32,000 nt of DNA, taken from NCBI GenBank assembly GCA_001761425.1, contig CP012986.1:120001-152000 (forward strand). Direction: 5' to 3'. This document shows, one piece after another, positions 24,580-32,000 of the stretch (position 1 is its first letter; every line of letters begins with the position of its first letter). This DNA comes from Candidatus Saccharimonadota bacterium (GTDB taxonomy: Archaea > Nanohalarchaeota > Nanosalinia > Nanosalinales > Nanosalinaceae). The translations under genes were made by a program, and so were the position numbers. The notes below the pieces were generated by a model. The model had not been told where the DNA came from. It did not search any database and saw nothing but the letters and a program-made list of their open reading frames with translations.

Positions 24580-24720
24580 ATTTGAACCCGGGATCTGTCC
24601 CTTGCTCTGTGCGGTTATATCCGTCTTCTGCAAGCCATTCTTTGAATGGCTTATTGCGTCCGGCTCGAGCGTAACCACGCCTACGAGGGGACCGCTCTAG
24701 CCAGGCTGAGCCAACGAGGC
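24567..24720 (-). tRNA. tRNA-Thr (anticodon CGU) with a 79-nt intron (24603-24681)
   Basis: Hand fold: acceptor GCCTCGT/ACGGGGC (one G-U pair), D arm GCTC-AGCCTGGCTA-GAGC, anticodon stem GTCCC/GGGAC, loop CTCGTA[intron]A, variable AGATC, T arm CCGGG-TTCAAAT-CCCGG, discriminator T. The anticodon assumes the canonical 37/38 intron position. Confidence 0.85.
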
Positions 24721-24754
24721 TATACAGAAATTTCTTCGCTGAAGTTTTTTGTAG

Positions 24755-25435
24755 TCACCGCTGGTAGTTGAAGGCCTGCTGGAAGTTGATTCTGGAGGCC
24801 TCTCCCTCTATGAGGTAGTTTGAGGCCTGTGATACTTTGTCTACTACTTTTTGTGCGTCCTCTTTGCTGTAACTGGCGACTTCTTCGGCGAATTTCTGGT
24901 ACATGACCGGTGCTTCTTGCTGGAATTTGTAGAAGTCTTTATCTGACATACTGTCTATGCCGCCGTCTTTAAACTCGAAGGCTGAGCTGTCGTAGACGTC
25001 GAAGGCCTTTGCTTCTCCGTTGTAGAATCCTATGTTGTCTCCGGGATCTTCGTAGACTATACCTCTTTCTGTGAATTCGTCGAGGAGGTTTTCTACTGTC
25101 TCCTCTACTACAAAGTCTGTTCCGTATTTTTCTACGGCTTCTCCGACTTTTTCATCGGCCTCGTCCTGGTGTATCACCATTGTCTCTTCCCAGAGGCCTA
25201 TATCGGTGAAATCTCTTTCGTTGACTGTTCCGGGTGCTATGAAATCTGTTTCCCCGAGTTCTTCTCTGTTTTCTTCCGGGAAGTCTTTCCTGGCCACTGG
25301 CTTGACCATTCCGCGGAGGCCTCTGTACACTGTCTTGTTTGTTCCGGTGTTGATGGAGTCTCCGTGCTTTATCGCCGCTTTTTCGGCCTTTTTTCTCTGC
25401 TCTGTATCTTCCTGGATTACTCTGCCAATCGACAT
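24755..25435 (-). CDS. hypothetical acidic protein
   Basis: ORF from the track. ATG at 25435 (MSIGRVIQED...) is preferred over the TTG at 25486 because a TATA-like gttattaac lies about 25-30 nt upstream. No recognised motifs. Confidence 0.6.
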   Translation of the reverse strand: MSIGRVIQEDTEQRKKAEKAAIKHGDSINTGTNKTVYRGLRGMVKPVARKDFPEENREELGETDFIAPGTVNERDFTDIGLWEETMVIHQDEADEKVGEAVEKYGTDFVVEETVENLLDEFTERGIVYEDPGDNIGFYNGEAKAFDVYDSSAFEFKDGGIDSMSDKDFYKFQQEAPVMYQKFAEEVASYSKEDAQKVVDKVSQASNYLIEGEASRINFQQAFNYQR

Positions 25436-25533
25436 AATTGTTGTTATGGCCCGGTAGTTAATAACTTTTGGGTGTGGTTTCGGCAAGGTAATTTAAACCG
25501 GTCCTGAGAATCTTTGGTTATTGGTGATCAATT

Positions 25534-25731
25534 TTGGAAGATACTATCGGTGAAGTTGCGGGAGAAGTCTGGGATTTCCTTGAAGAGAACGGAGAGACGT
25601 CTGTTTCAGGAGTGACGAAAGGAGTCGAGGCTCCGGGCACTAAAGTTTACATGGCGATGGGCTGGCTTGCCAGAGAAGATAAACTGGAGTTTCTCGATAA
25701 GAAAAGAGGCAACGCGGTCAGGCTGAATTAA
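25534..25731 (+). CDS. small winged-helix protein (DUF2582-like)
   Basis: 65 aa, TTG start, with an in-frame TGA just upstream. IGEVAGEVWDFLEENGETSVSGVTKGVEAPGTKVYMAMGWLAREDKLEF matches my recollection of the DUF2582 wHTH pattern. Confidence 0.65.
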   Translation: MEDTIGEVAGEVWDFLEENGETSVSGVTKGVEAPGTKVYMAMGWLAREDKLEFLDKKRGNAVRLN

Positions 25732-25771
25732 AGGCCTCAAGGTTTTATTCTAAGGCCTCCAATAACTTTAC

Positions 25772-26713
25772 ATGACTCTGAGAGAAGGAGCTGAAACTAT
25801 AGTTAAACAGTGTTTAAACGTTCAGAGGGACGAACATGTCCTGGTTCTGAACGATTCTAATGATCAGGAGTTCATTGATGCGTTGATGGATGTGCTTGAA
25901 GAGGAGGCAGGCCTTGCTCTCTTGAAGGAGTACGAGGAGCCGGAGAATCATGGTGATGAACCGCCGGAGGAAGTTGCTCAGGCGATGAAGGATGCTGATG
26001 TGGTTATCGCTCCTACGATGAAGTCTCTTTCCCATACTGATGCTAGGAGGGAGGCCGGTGCCTGTGGATCTCGGATTGCGACGCTTCCGACGATCGACAG
26101 GGAGATATGGAACGGTGCATTACAGGCTGATTATGAGGAAGTCAGGAAAATTTCTGAAAAAGTCTACTCAATGCTTGAAGATACTGAAGTTGTAAGGATT
26201 GAGACTCCGTCAGGCACGGAGCTGGAGCTTAATATCGAGATTGATACTTTTCATACTGATACAGGCCTTATCCATGAGGAAGGGGCTTTCGGCAACCTTC
26301 CTGCGGGAGAATCTGACGGTGCTTCTGTCAATGCGAACGGAACTCTCATGGTTGATCACTTCGTCGTCTCCGGCGAAGGAGCAAGACTTGAGATACAGGA
26401 CAACGAGGTTGTCGCCTACCAGGGTGAGGAGGGAACCGATCTTGAGGAAGGCCTCAGTGAGATTCAGTGTGTGAAGAATGTTGCGGAGTTTGGTTTCGGG
26501 ACTAATCCTGAAGCCTCTCTGATAGGCAATATTCTGGAGGATGAGAAAGTTCTGGGAACTGTGCATATCGCTCTGGGCGATAACTCCTCGTATATGGACG
26601 GTTCACGTGCGGTTAACTGTAAGGTTCACTGGGATGCTGTATGCGAAGAGCCGACGGTCTGGTTCGATGATGAGAAGGTCCTGGATTCGGGGGAACCTGT
26701 TTTCCTTGAGTGA
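25772..26713 (+). CDS. aminopeptidase, M29 (AmpS/aminopeptidase T)-like
   Basis: 313 aa. N-terminal GAETIVKQCLNVQRDEHVLVL and C-terminal GTVHIALGDN resemble COG2309-type aminopeptidases. The assignment is tentative. Confidence 0.6.
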   Translation: MTLREGAETIVKQCLNVQRDEHVLVLNDSNDQEFIDALMDVLEEEAGLALLKEYEEPENHGDEPPEEVAQAMKDADVVIAPTMKSLSHTDARREAGACGSRIATLPTIDREIWNGALQADYEEVRKISEKVYSMLEDTEVVRIETPSGTELELNIEIDTFHTDTGLIHEEGAFGNLPAGESDGASVNANGTLMVDHFVVSGEGARLEIQDNEVVAYQGEEGTDLEEGLSEIQCVKNVAEFGFGTNPEASLIGNILEDEKVLGTVHIALGDNSSYMDGSRAVNCKVHWDAVCEEPTVWFDDEKVLDSGEPVFLE

Positions 26714-26755
26714 GGTTACATTTTAAACCGAGGTCTACGCATAACTTATTATTCC

Positions 26756-28609
26756 ATGGGACTGTTGAACTCTGACGTCGAGGACTCGGTATCTGATGCG
26801 GTCTCCGAGACCAAAAATAATGCTGAGGAGCTTGAAGGCGAGATCAGAGATGAGGAGTCCAAGATCCAGGAGCTTCTGAACCGTGTCAGCAAGATCGAGT
26901 ACCGGCAGAACCAGTTAGAGGCCTCCGACGATGAAGATCTTCGTCAGAGGCAACAGGAGCTAAGTGAGGAAATTAATGAACTCCGCAAGGATTTTTCTGA
27001 TATCAAGATAGACTATAATTCTCTTCCGAAAGATTACGAGTTCCAGGACATGGTAGATGAGTTTGAAGAGAAGAGAGAAAAGGTTGAACAGCTTCTTCCT
27101 GCGATCGAGGCAGCCTTCGACGATATTGAAGAGATCGAGGACCAGTCTATTGTCACAGAAAGAGACGTAGAGGATATACGTGACAGACTGGAACAGTTCC
27201 AGGACAGAGAGGAACAGATCCAGAAACTGAAGGCTCACATCGAAGATATGGACAAGAGCCTTTCAGACATGGGTAGAGAGCTGAAAGACGTCGAGATAGA
27301 GGAAAAAGTCGATAAATCAAGGTTCCAGCAGAAACTTGAAAGCGTCAGAGGAGACCAGCTGGTCGAACTCGCAAGGCTGAGAGACCGGGTGAAAAACCTG
27401 GCTGTCGAAGAGAAAGTCGACAGGTCAGAGCTAGACCGCGAACTGGAACAGATGAGAGATGAGCTCGGTATAAACATGATAGATAAGGTTTACAGGCTGA
27501 GAGAACAGCTTGCCTCCAAATCGGAGGTCAGAAGCCTCTGGGACACGATAGAGCTACTGGAGGAGAGGCACGATGATGCTCTCCAGGAGATCGATGTCGT
27601 GGAAGAGCAGCTCTCTGATGTCATTGAATATGTAGCAGACCTCGATGAAGGCCTTGAAGGCCTGAAAGATACTGTAGAGGAAGTAGACGAAAGAAAAGTT
27701 GACAGGGAGGAGTTTGAACAGCTTGAGTTGGATGACAAGATAGAGATCTCTGAACTGGAGAAAAAGCTGGAGGAGCTGAGAGATGAGTTCGGCATTGATA
27801 TAGAGGAGTCTGAAAAGACTTTACGCGAACAGCTGGCTTCCAAATCTGAAGTTGTTTCGCTCTGGGACAGCCTTGAAGAGGTCCGGGAGAAACAGGATAA
27901 AAAGCTGAGTCGTGAAGAATTCGAGGAAAAGATCTCTGACGTTGAAAGTGTTCTTCCTGCGGTAGAGGAGGCCTATAATGATATTGCGGAGCTTGAGGAG
28001 AAGTTTGATAAGAAGGACAAGCGTATAGAGCAGAAGGTTGATCGGGAAGAGTTTGAGAGGATGGAGATTGAGGACAAGGTTGAGGCCTCTCAGCTGGAGA
28101 GGGAGATCCAGGATGTGATGGAGGAGATCGGTGTAAGTATACTTGAATCCGAGCATAGGCTTCGTGAACAGCTGGCCTCAAAGTCCGAGGTCAGGAATCT
28201 CTGGGATTCGATGGATCTTCTTGAGGACAGGTTTGATGATCATTCCCAGGATATTGACGGCCTGGAAAAAGAGGTAACAGAGAACTTTGAGCACCTGGCC
28301 GAGGTGAAAGAGGACGTAGACAGGGTTGAAGAGAGGCAGGAAGGCCTTGTAACGGAGAATGAATTTGAGGAGAAGACTGCGGATATTGATGCTCTTGAGA
28401 AAGAGGTTACCGAGCTTCTGGCAGATTTCTCCGATCTCAGTGACAGGATAGAGGATTCAGAGCAGACTGCTGAAGGCCTTGAGTCGGATATTGAAGGCGT
28501 CGAGGAACGTGTTCCTGATGAGCCTGTGAGCCGTGAGGAATTTGAGGATCTGCAGGAGAAGGTCCAGAGGCTTTCAGAAGCTTTGGTGAAGGTAGCGAAC
28601 AAGGATTAG
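26756..28609 (+). CDS. highly acidic coiled-coil protein with three long internal repeats
   Basis: 617 aa, rich in E, D, L, K and R throughout. The block LREQLASKSEV(R/V)(S/N)LWD recurs three times, with DNA copies starting near 27499, 27826 and 28164. Confidence 0.8.
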   Translation: MGLLNSDVEDSVSDAVSETKNNAEELEGEIRDEESKIQELLNRVSKIEYRQNQLEASDDEDLRQRQQELSEEINELRKDFSDIKIDYNSLPKDYEFQDMVDEFEEKREKVEQLLPAIEAAFDDIEEIEDQSIVTERDVEDIRDRLEQFQDREEQIQKLKAHIEDMDKSLSDMGRELKDVEIEEKVDKSRFQQKLESVRGDQLVELARLRDRVKNLAVEEKVDRSELDRELEQMRDELGINMIDKVYRLREQLASKSEVRSLWDTIELLEERHDDALQEIDVVEEQLSDVIEYVADLDEGLEGLKDTVEEVDERKVDREEFEQLELDDKIEISELEKKLEELRDEFGIDIEESEKTLREQLASKSEVVSLWDSLEEVREKQDKKLSREEFEEKISDVESVLPAVEEAYNDIAELEEKFDKKDKRIEQKVDREEFERMEIEDKVEASQLEREIQDVMEEIGVSILESEHRLREQLASKSEVRNLWDSMDLLEDRFDDHSQDIDGLEKEVTENFEHLAEVKEDVDRVEERQEGLVTENEFEEKTADIDALEKEVTELLADFSDLSDRIEDSEQTAEGLESDIEGVEERVPDEPVSREEFEDLQEKVQRLSEALVKVANKD

Positions 28610-28615
28610 GGAAGA

Positions 28616-28621
28616 TTTTTT
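28616..28621 (+). terminator. oligo-T tract after the coiled-coil gene
   Basis: Run of six T located 7 nt after the TAG stop. Confidence 0.3.
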
Positions 28622-28803
28622 AATTTCTGGTATCTAATGAGTTTTTGAAATGAGTCCGGCAGCTGTAACTCAGGCTAGAGAAGTTTCTTTTACTGGTACA
28701 GCTGTTGTTATGTGGTTCAGGAATAATTTTTCCATGTCGAAGTCTGGGGCTAATTTTACCTTTAAGTAAGGCTCCGGAACCGCTTTAGAGGTCTTTTTTC
28801 TGT

Positions 28804-29475
28804 ATGGTTCTGGAAAAAATTGATGACGGCGCCCAACGGCTACTGCTCGTTCTCTGCCTCCCGCTAATCGACGGAGTTTTCGCCACACTGCTCGTAACAG
28901 GCGCGGTATCAACTTTTTCAGATATCATAACGGTAGGCCTCACTGTTTTCACGGGTGCAGGAGCTCTTGCAGTCCTGTATTCTGAGTCGGAGAATAGTTC
29001 AGAGGCCTTTTCCCTGGTTAACCAGGTCGCACCTGTACTTTTAGCCGGTGCTTTAATTGTGGCTCTGATCGCTCCTGTCTTCGATCAGATATTCAATATC
29101 TCAAGGTTGAAGTACGCGGCAGGCCTGGCATTATTGACGATACCTGCTAAACTTGTTGATATAGAGCTGGCTGAAAAGTTTTCGGTCCCTGCTATAGTCG
29201 TTACAGGAATGTTTCTATCCTTGAGGTCGGGTGCCACGCTTTCACTGAGCCTGGAATATGTCTTGCCGGCTTTGCTAACTTCTACAGCGGCGATAGGAGG
29301 CCTTTATCTGGCTTCGTATCTTTCGCGGGATAATATTTCTTTAAGGTACATCAGGGGTGGTGGAGCGGTGGTTCTGACTGTTATCTCGGCTTCGCTGTTC
29401 GGATACGATGTTCCTTCGAACCTGGGTCTTGCTCTGTTCATGGTTTCGCTGGCTCTTTCTTATAATAGGGGTTGA
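28804..29475 (+). CDS. integral membrane protein (about 6 predicted helices)
   Basis: 223 aa, made of successive hydrophobic segments (LLLVLCLPLIDGVFATLLVTGAV, ITVGLTVFTGAGALAVLY, VAPVLLAGALIVALIAPVF and others). Confidence 0.7.
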   Translation: MVLEKIDDGAQRLLLVLCLPLIDGVFATLLVTGAVSTFSDIITVGLTVFTGAGALAVLYSESENSSEAFSLVNQVAPVLLAGALIVALIAPVFDQIFNISRLKYAAGLALLTIPAKLVDIELAEKFSVPAIVVTGMFLSLRSGATLSLSLEYVLPALLTSTAAIGGLYLASYLSRDNISLRYIRGGGAVVLTVISASLFGYDVPSNLGLALFMVSLALSYNRG

Positions 29476-29489
29476 GAAACTTTTCCTGG

Positions 29490-29870
29490 TTATATCTGCT
29501 GTATCTCTACCTGGAATCCGCTGTCTCTTTTGTTCATGATGTGAGCGACTATTCTTTCCCGTATAGGCCTTATTACCATGATGAATCCGATTCCGTCGGT
29601 TATAAAGCCTGGGCTGAGGAGGAATAGGCCTGAGAGTACGAGGATTGCTCCTTCGAGGAAGTTTCGGCTTATTTCGCCTCCTGTTACTGAGGTCTGGAGT
29701 TTCATGAAGACGTGTCTTCCTTCTCTGCGGATCAGTTCGGCTCCGATAAGGCCTGTGAGAAGTATTATTGCAAGTGTTTTCCAGAATCCCAGGGTTCCTG
29801 CTACCTGTATCAGCAGGTAGAGGTCTACAAATGGAAGTACTAGGATTCCTATTATCAGGTATCGGAGCAT
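29490..29870 (-). CDS. fxsA: FxsA family membrane protein
   Basis: 126 aa. LPFVDLYLLIQVAGTLGFWKTLAIILLTGLIGAELIRREG and LLLSPGFITDGIGFIMVIRPIR match the FxsA (UPF0716) pattern. Confidence 0.85.
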   Translation of the reverse strand: MLRYLIIGILVLPFVDLYLLIQVAGTLGFWKTLAIILLTGLIGAELIRREGRHVFMKLQTSVTGGEISRNFLEGAILVLSGLFLLSPGFITDGIGFIMVIRPIRERIVAHIMNKRDSGFQVEIQQI

Positions 29871-29920
29871 GTCTAGGCTTTTGTGTTGAAGATTTAAAGA
29901 TTGAATCAGCTTCTTTTTAC

Positions 29921-30958
29921 ATGAAGAGTTTGCTAAAGGAACTCGTTGAGACTCCTGGTGTATCCGGCCAGGAGCATCAGATAAGGGATAAAATCCGTGA
30001 AGAAGTAGAGGATCACGCAGATTCTGTCGAAGAGGACAGGATGGGCAATCTTGTCGCCAGAAAAGGAGATGGTGATGAAACCTTGATGATCGCAGCTCAT
30101 ATGGATCAGATAGGCCTTGCTGTTAAAGATGTGGATGAGAACGGCTTTATCAGGTTTTCAAAGATTGGAGGCATTACGCTTCAGTCCTTGATGAATCAGA
30201 GGGTTACTATCCATACTGAGACTGGCAGAGTTACCGGTGTTTTGGGTATGAAGCCCCCACATCTTATGGATAAGGAAAACAGGGATAAGTTGCCTGAGAA
30301 AGAACAGCTTTTCATCGATATCGGTGCTGAAGACGATGAAGAGGTCGATGAGCTTGGTGTAAACGTCGGTGATACTATAACGTTCGAGAGAGATGCAAAG
30401 GATCTTCAAAACGATTATATTACAGGCCTTGCGCTTGATAACCGTGTTGGAGTAGCTGTAGCGATCAAAGTACTGGAGGAATATGAAGCGGATACAGAGC
30501 TTGCTGTTGTCTTTTCCACACAGGAAGAAGTCGGTTTGAAGGGCGCAAAGACTGCTGCTTTCAATGTCAGTCCGGATGCTGCACTAGCTGTTGATGTCTC
30601 GATCGCGGGGGATGTTCCTGGTATCGAGCCTACTGAGACAAAGCTCGGTACGGGAGAAGGTGTTGACCTCCAGATGGTCCAGAGCTCTGGCAGAGGCCTT
30701 ATCACTCCTGAGACGGTCAGGAACTGGCTTGTCGAGACTGCGGAGGAAGGCGATCATGAGTACATCCGTACAGTTATGGAGGGCGGGGCCACCGATGCAG
30801 CAAAGATAGAGCTAGTTAAGGAAGGAATCCCTACAGGGTCGATCGGAGTGCCTATGAGACACATGCATTCCTCCACGGAAGTCGTTAAAATGTCAGATGT
30901 CAAGGCCACAGCAGAGTTCGTGACCGACGCCGCTGAATCATTCGGCGAAAAATTCTAG
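29921..30958 (+). CDS. M42 family metallopeptidase (TET/FrvX-type aminopeptidase)
   Basis: Start at ATG 29921 (MKSLLKELVETPGVSGQEHQIRDKI). Motifs AAHMDQIGL, LDNRVG, TQEEVGLKGA. The longer track ORF would overlap fxsA. Confidence 0.9.
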   Translation: MKSLLKELVETPGVSGQEHQIRDKIREEVEDHADSVEEDRMGNLVARKGDGDETLMIAAHMDQIGLAVKDVDENGFIRFSKIGGITLQSLMNQRVTIHTETGRVTGVLGMKPPHLMDKENRDKLPEKEQLFIDIGAEDDEEVDELGVNVGDTITFERDAKDLQNDYITGLALDNRVGVAVAIKVLEEYEADTELAVVFSTQEEVGLKGAKTAAFNVSPDAALAVDVSIAGDVPGIEPTETKLGTGEGVDLQMVQSSGRGLITPETVRNWLVETAEEGDHEYIRTVMEGGATDAAKIELVKEGIPTGSIGVPMRHMHSSTEVVKMSDVKATAEFVTDAAESFGEKF

Positions 30959-30982
30959 AGGCCTCACATTTTCCTTTATTTT

Positions 30983-32000
30983 TTATTCGTATCTGAGTGC
31001 TTCTGCTGGTTCAAGGCCTGCTGCTCTTCTCGCCGGTAAAACTCCTGAGATAATCCCTAGTACGAGGGAGAAGACCAGACTGCCCAGTAGAAGGTCGAGG
31101 CCGAGGTAGGGCCTTATTGCGAGGGCTGTGAACTGTGAGGCACCGATTGATGCGGTCCAGGAGAGCGTTACTCCCAGTATGAGGCCTGTTATTCCTCCGA
31201 GGAGGCCTACTGCTCCTGATTCCAGGAGGAAGAGGGCCATTATCTGCCTGTTTTTTGCGCCGATGGCTTTCATGACTCCGATCTCTCTTGTTCTCTGGCT
31301 TACTGAGGTGTACATTGAGTTCATGATGCCTACTGCTCCTACGAAAAGGGATATGGATGCGATTCCTATGACTACTCCTCTTACGACGTCTAGTATGCCC
31401 TGGAATGAGGCGACGAGATCCTCCTGGGTGGATACTGTGAAAGTTTCCTCGCCTTCTTCTGTGCCTCTGCGGTTTCTTATCTGTTTTTCTACGTCTTCTT
31501 TTACTTCTCCTGGTTCGAATCCTTCGTCTGCTTCTCCGAAGAGCCAGTCATAGTTTTCAGGCCTATCCATGAGGTCTCTGGACGAGCTGAGGGTCATTAT
31601 GACTGCTGTATCTATTGAAGGGTCTCCTGTAGGTTCGAGGACTCCGACCGCTCTGTGTTTGACATCATCTACATTGATGTTTGATCTTACACCCAGTTCT
31701 TCATCGAAGACCTGGTCTGCGACTCTGCTTCCCAGGACGATGTTGTACCTGTCGTTTTCACGTATCATCCTTCCTTCTCCAATCTCCATCGCCCAGCTCT
31801 CCATGACAAGGTCTATGTTCTCGTTCGCCGGGATACCTATCACCGGTAAAAATTCGGTCTGCTCTCCGACACTGACACCGGTGTTCATGAAAAGTGCTCC
31901 TTCGGCTCTTGAAATCCCGCGGGTTGAACGCATAGCCTCTAAATCCTGATCTGTCAACGGTTTTGCTTCTTCCCCTCCAGAGGTCAGGCTTCCGCCCGGA
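30983..32000 (-). CDS. ABC transporter permease, FtsX/MacB-type (N-terminus beyond window end)
   Basis: C-terminal FtsX domain (REIGVMKAIGAKNRQIMALFLLESGAVGLLGG ... PARRAAGLEPAEALRYE). The reading frame stays open upstream of the track's TTG start, out to position 32000. Confidence 0.85.
   Translation of the reverse strand, partial: PGGSLTSGGEEAKPLTDQDLEAMRSTRGISRAEGALFMNTGVSVGEQTEFLPVIGIPANENIDLVMESWAMEIGEGRMIRENDRYNIVLGSRVADQVFDEELGVRSNINVDDVKHRAVGVLEPTGDPSIDTAVIMTLSSSRDLMDRPENYDWLFGEADEGFEPGEVKEDVEKQIRNRRGTEEGEETFTVSTQEDLVASFQGILDVVRGVVIGIASISLFVGAVGIMNSMYTSVSQRTREIGVMKAIGAKNRQIMALFLLESGAVGLLGGITGLILGVTLSWTASIGASQFTALAIRPYLGLDLLLGSLVFSLVLGIISGVLPARRAAGLEPAEALRYE

Noticed and set aside
24603-24681. 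Box C/D guide RNA inside the tRNA intron (as in haloarchaeal tRNA-Trp)
   Set aside because: No RUGAUGA (box C) or CUGA (box D) motifs occur in the intron in the tRNA orientation.
27235-28602. Several minus-strand ORFs (80-186 aa) antisense to the coiled-coil gene
   Set aside because: They are Ser/Pro-rich translations of the complement of an E/D/K-rich repeat gene, a typical antisense artefact.
28670-28912. 80-aa minus-strand ORF
   Set aside because: It is basic and Arg-rich, overlaps the start of the membrane-protein gene on the other strand, and has no motifs.
29768-29920. N-terminal extension of the M42 peptidase ORF
   Set aside because: It overlaps the fxsA gene on the opposite strand. 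The M42 family N-terminus (MKSLLKELVETPGVSGQE) begins at the internal ATG at 29921.
1-32000. CRISPR arrays, rRNA genes, transposase/IS elements, and inteins in orc1, polD2 or mcm
   Set aside because: No regularly spaced short direct repeats, no rRNA-like sequence and no transposase-like ORFs were seen. The lengths of the replication proteins are normal and their motif blocks are contiguous.

Overview
This is an archaeal chromosomal segment. The proteome is strongly acidic and the DNA looks moderately AT-rich, which suggests a low-GC halophile, possibly a nanohaloarchaeal/DPANN-like lineage; that is inference only, with no searches run. Layout: (1) 355-3603, a minus-strand glycosylation-type operon with two tandem alkaline-phosphatase-fold paralogs, a fused Alg14/Alg13-like glycosyltransferase and a GT-A DxD transferase. 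(2) 3919-4343, a replication origin with three ORB elements and an AT-rich unwinding element. (3) 4448-11740, a translationally coupled replication operon: orc1/cdc6, PolD small subunit, a HAD-like protein and PolD large subunit. (4) A CBS-domain protein, three tightly packed distant paralogs of unknown function, an ambiguous roughly 390-nt stretch (structured RNA or small basic ORF), archaeal dnaG, an Lrp/AsnC regulator and a GNAT acetyltransferase. (5) 17650-24579, a roughly 6.9-kb integrated element inserted in the 3' end of an intron-containing tRNA-Thr(CGU) and bounded by a 13-bp direct repeat. It carries a tyrosine integrase, an MCM-family helicase, RHH/wHTH regulators, an AbrB-like gene paired with an AlbA_2(Schlafen-like)/HATPase_c_4 gene, and 62-bp tandem repeats next to an ORB-like site. 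(6) Housekeeping genes: M29-like and M42 peptidases, a repeat-containing acidic coiled-coil protein, FxsA, membrane proteins and a partial FtsX-type permease. The most unusual signal is window-wide: the palindrome AGGCCT is about 20-fold over-represented by my hand count, occurs in all frames and in intergenic DNA, often abuts stop codons, and is depleted in parts of the integrated element. All family calls come from motif recall, not database searches.
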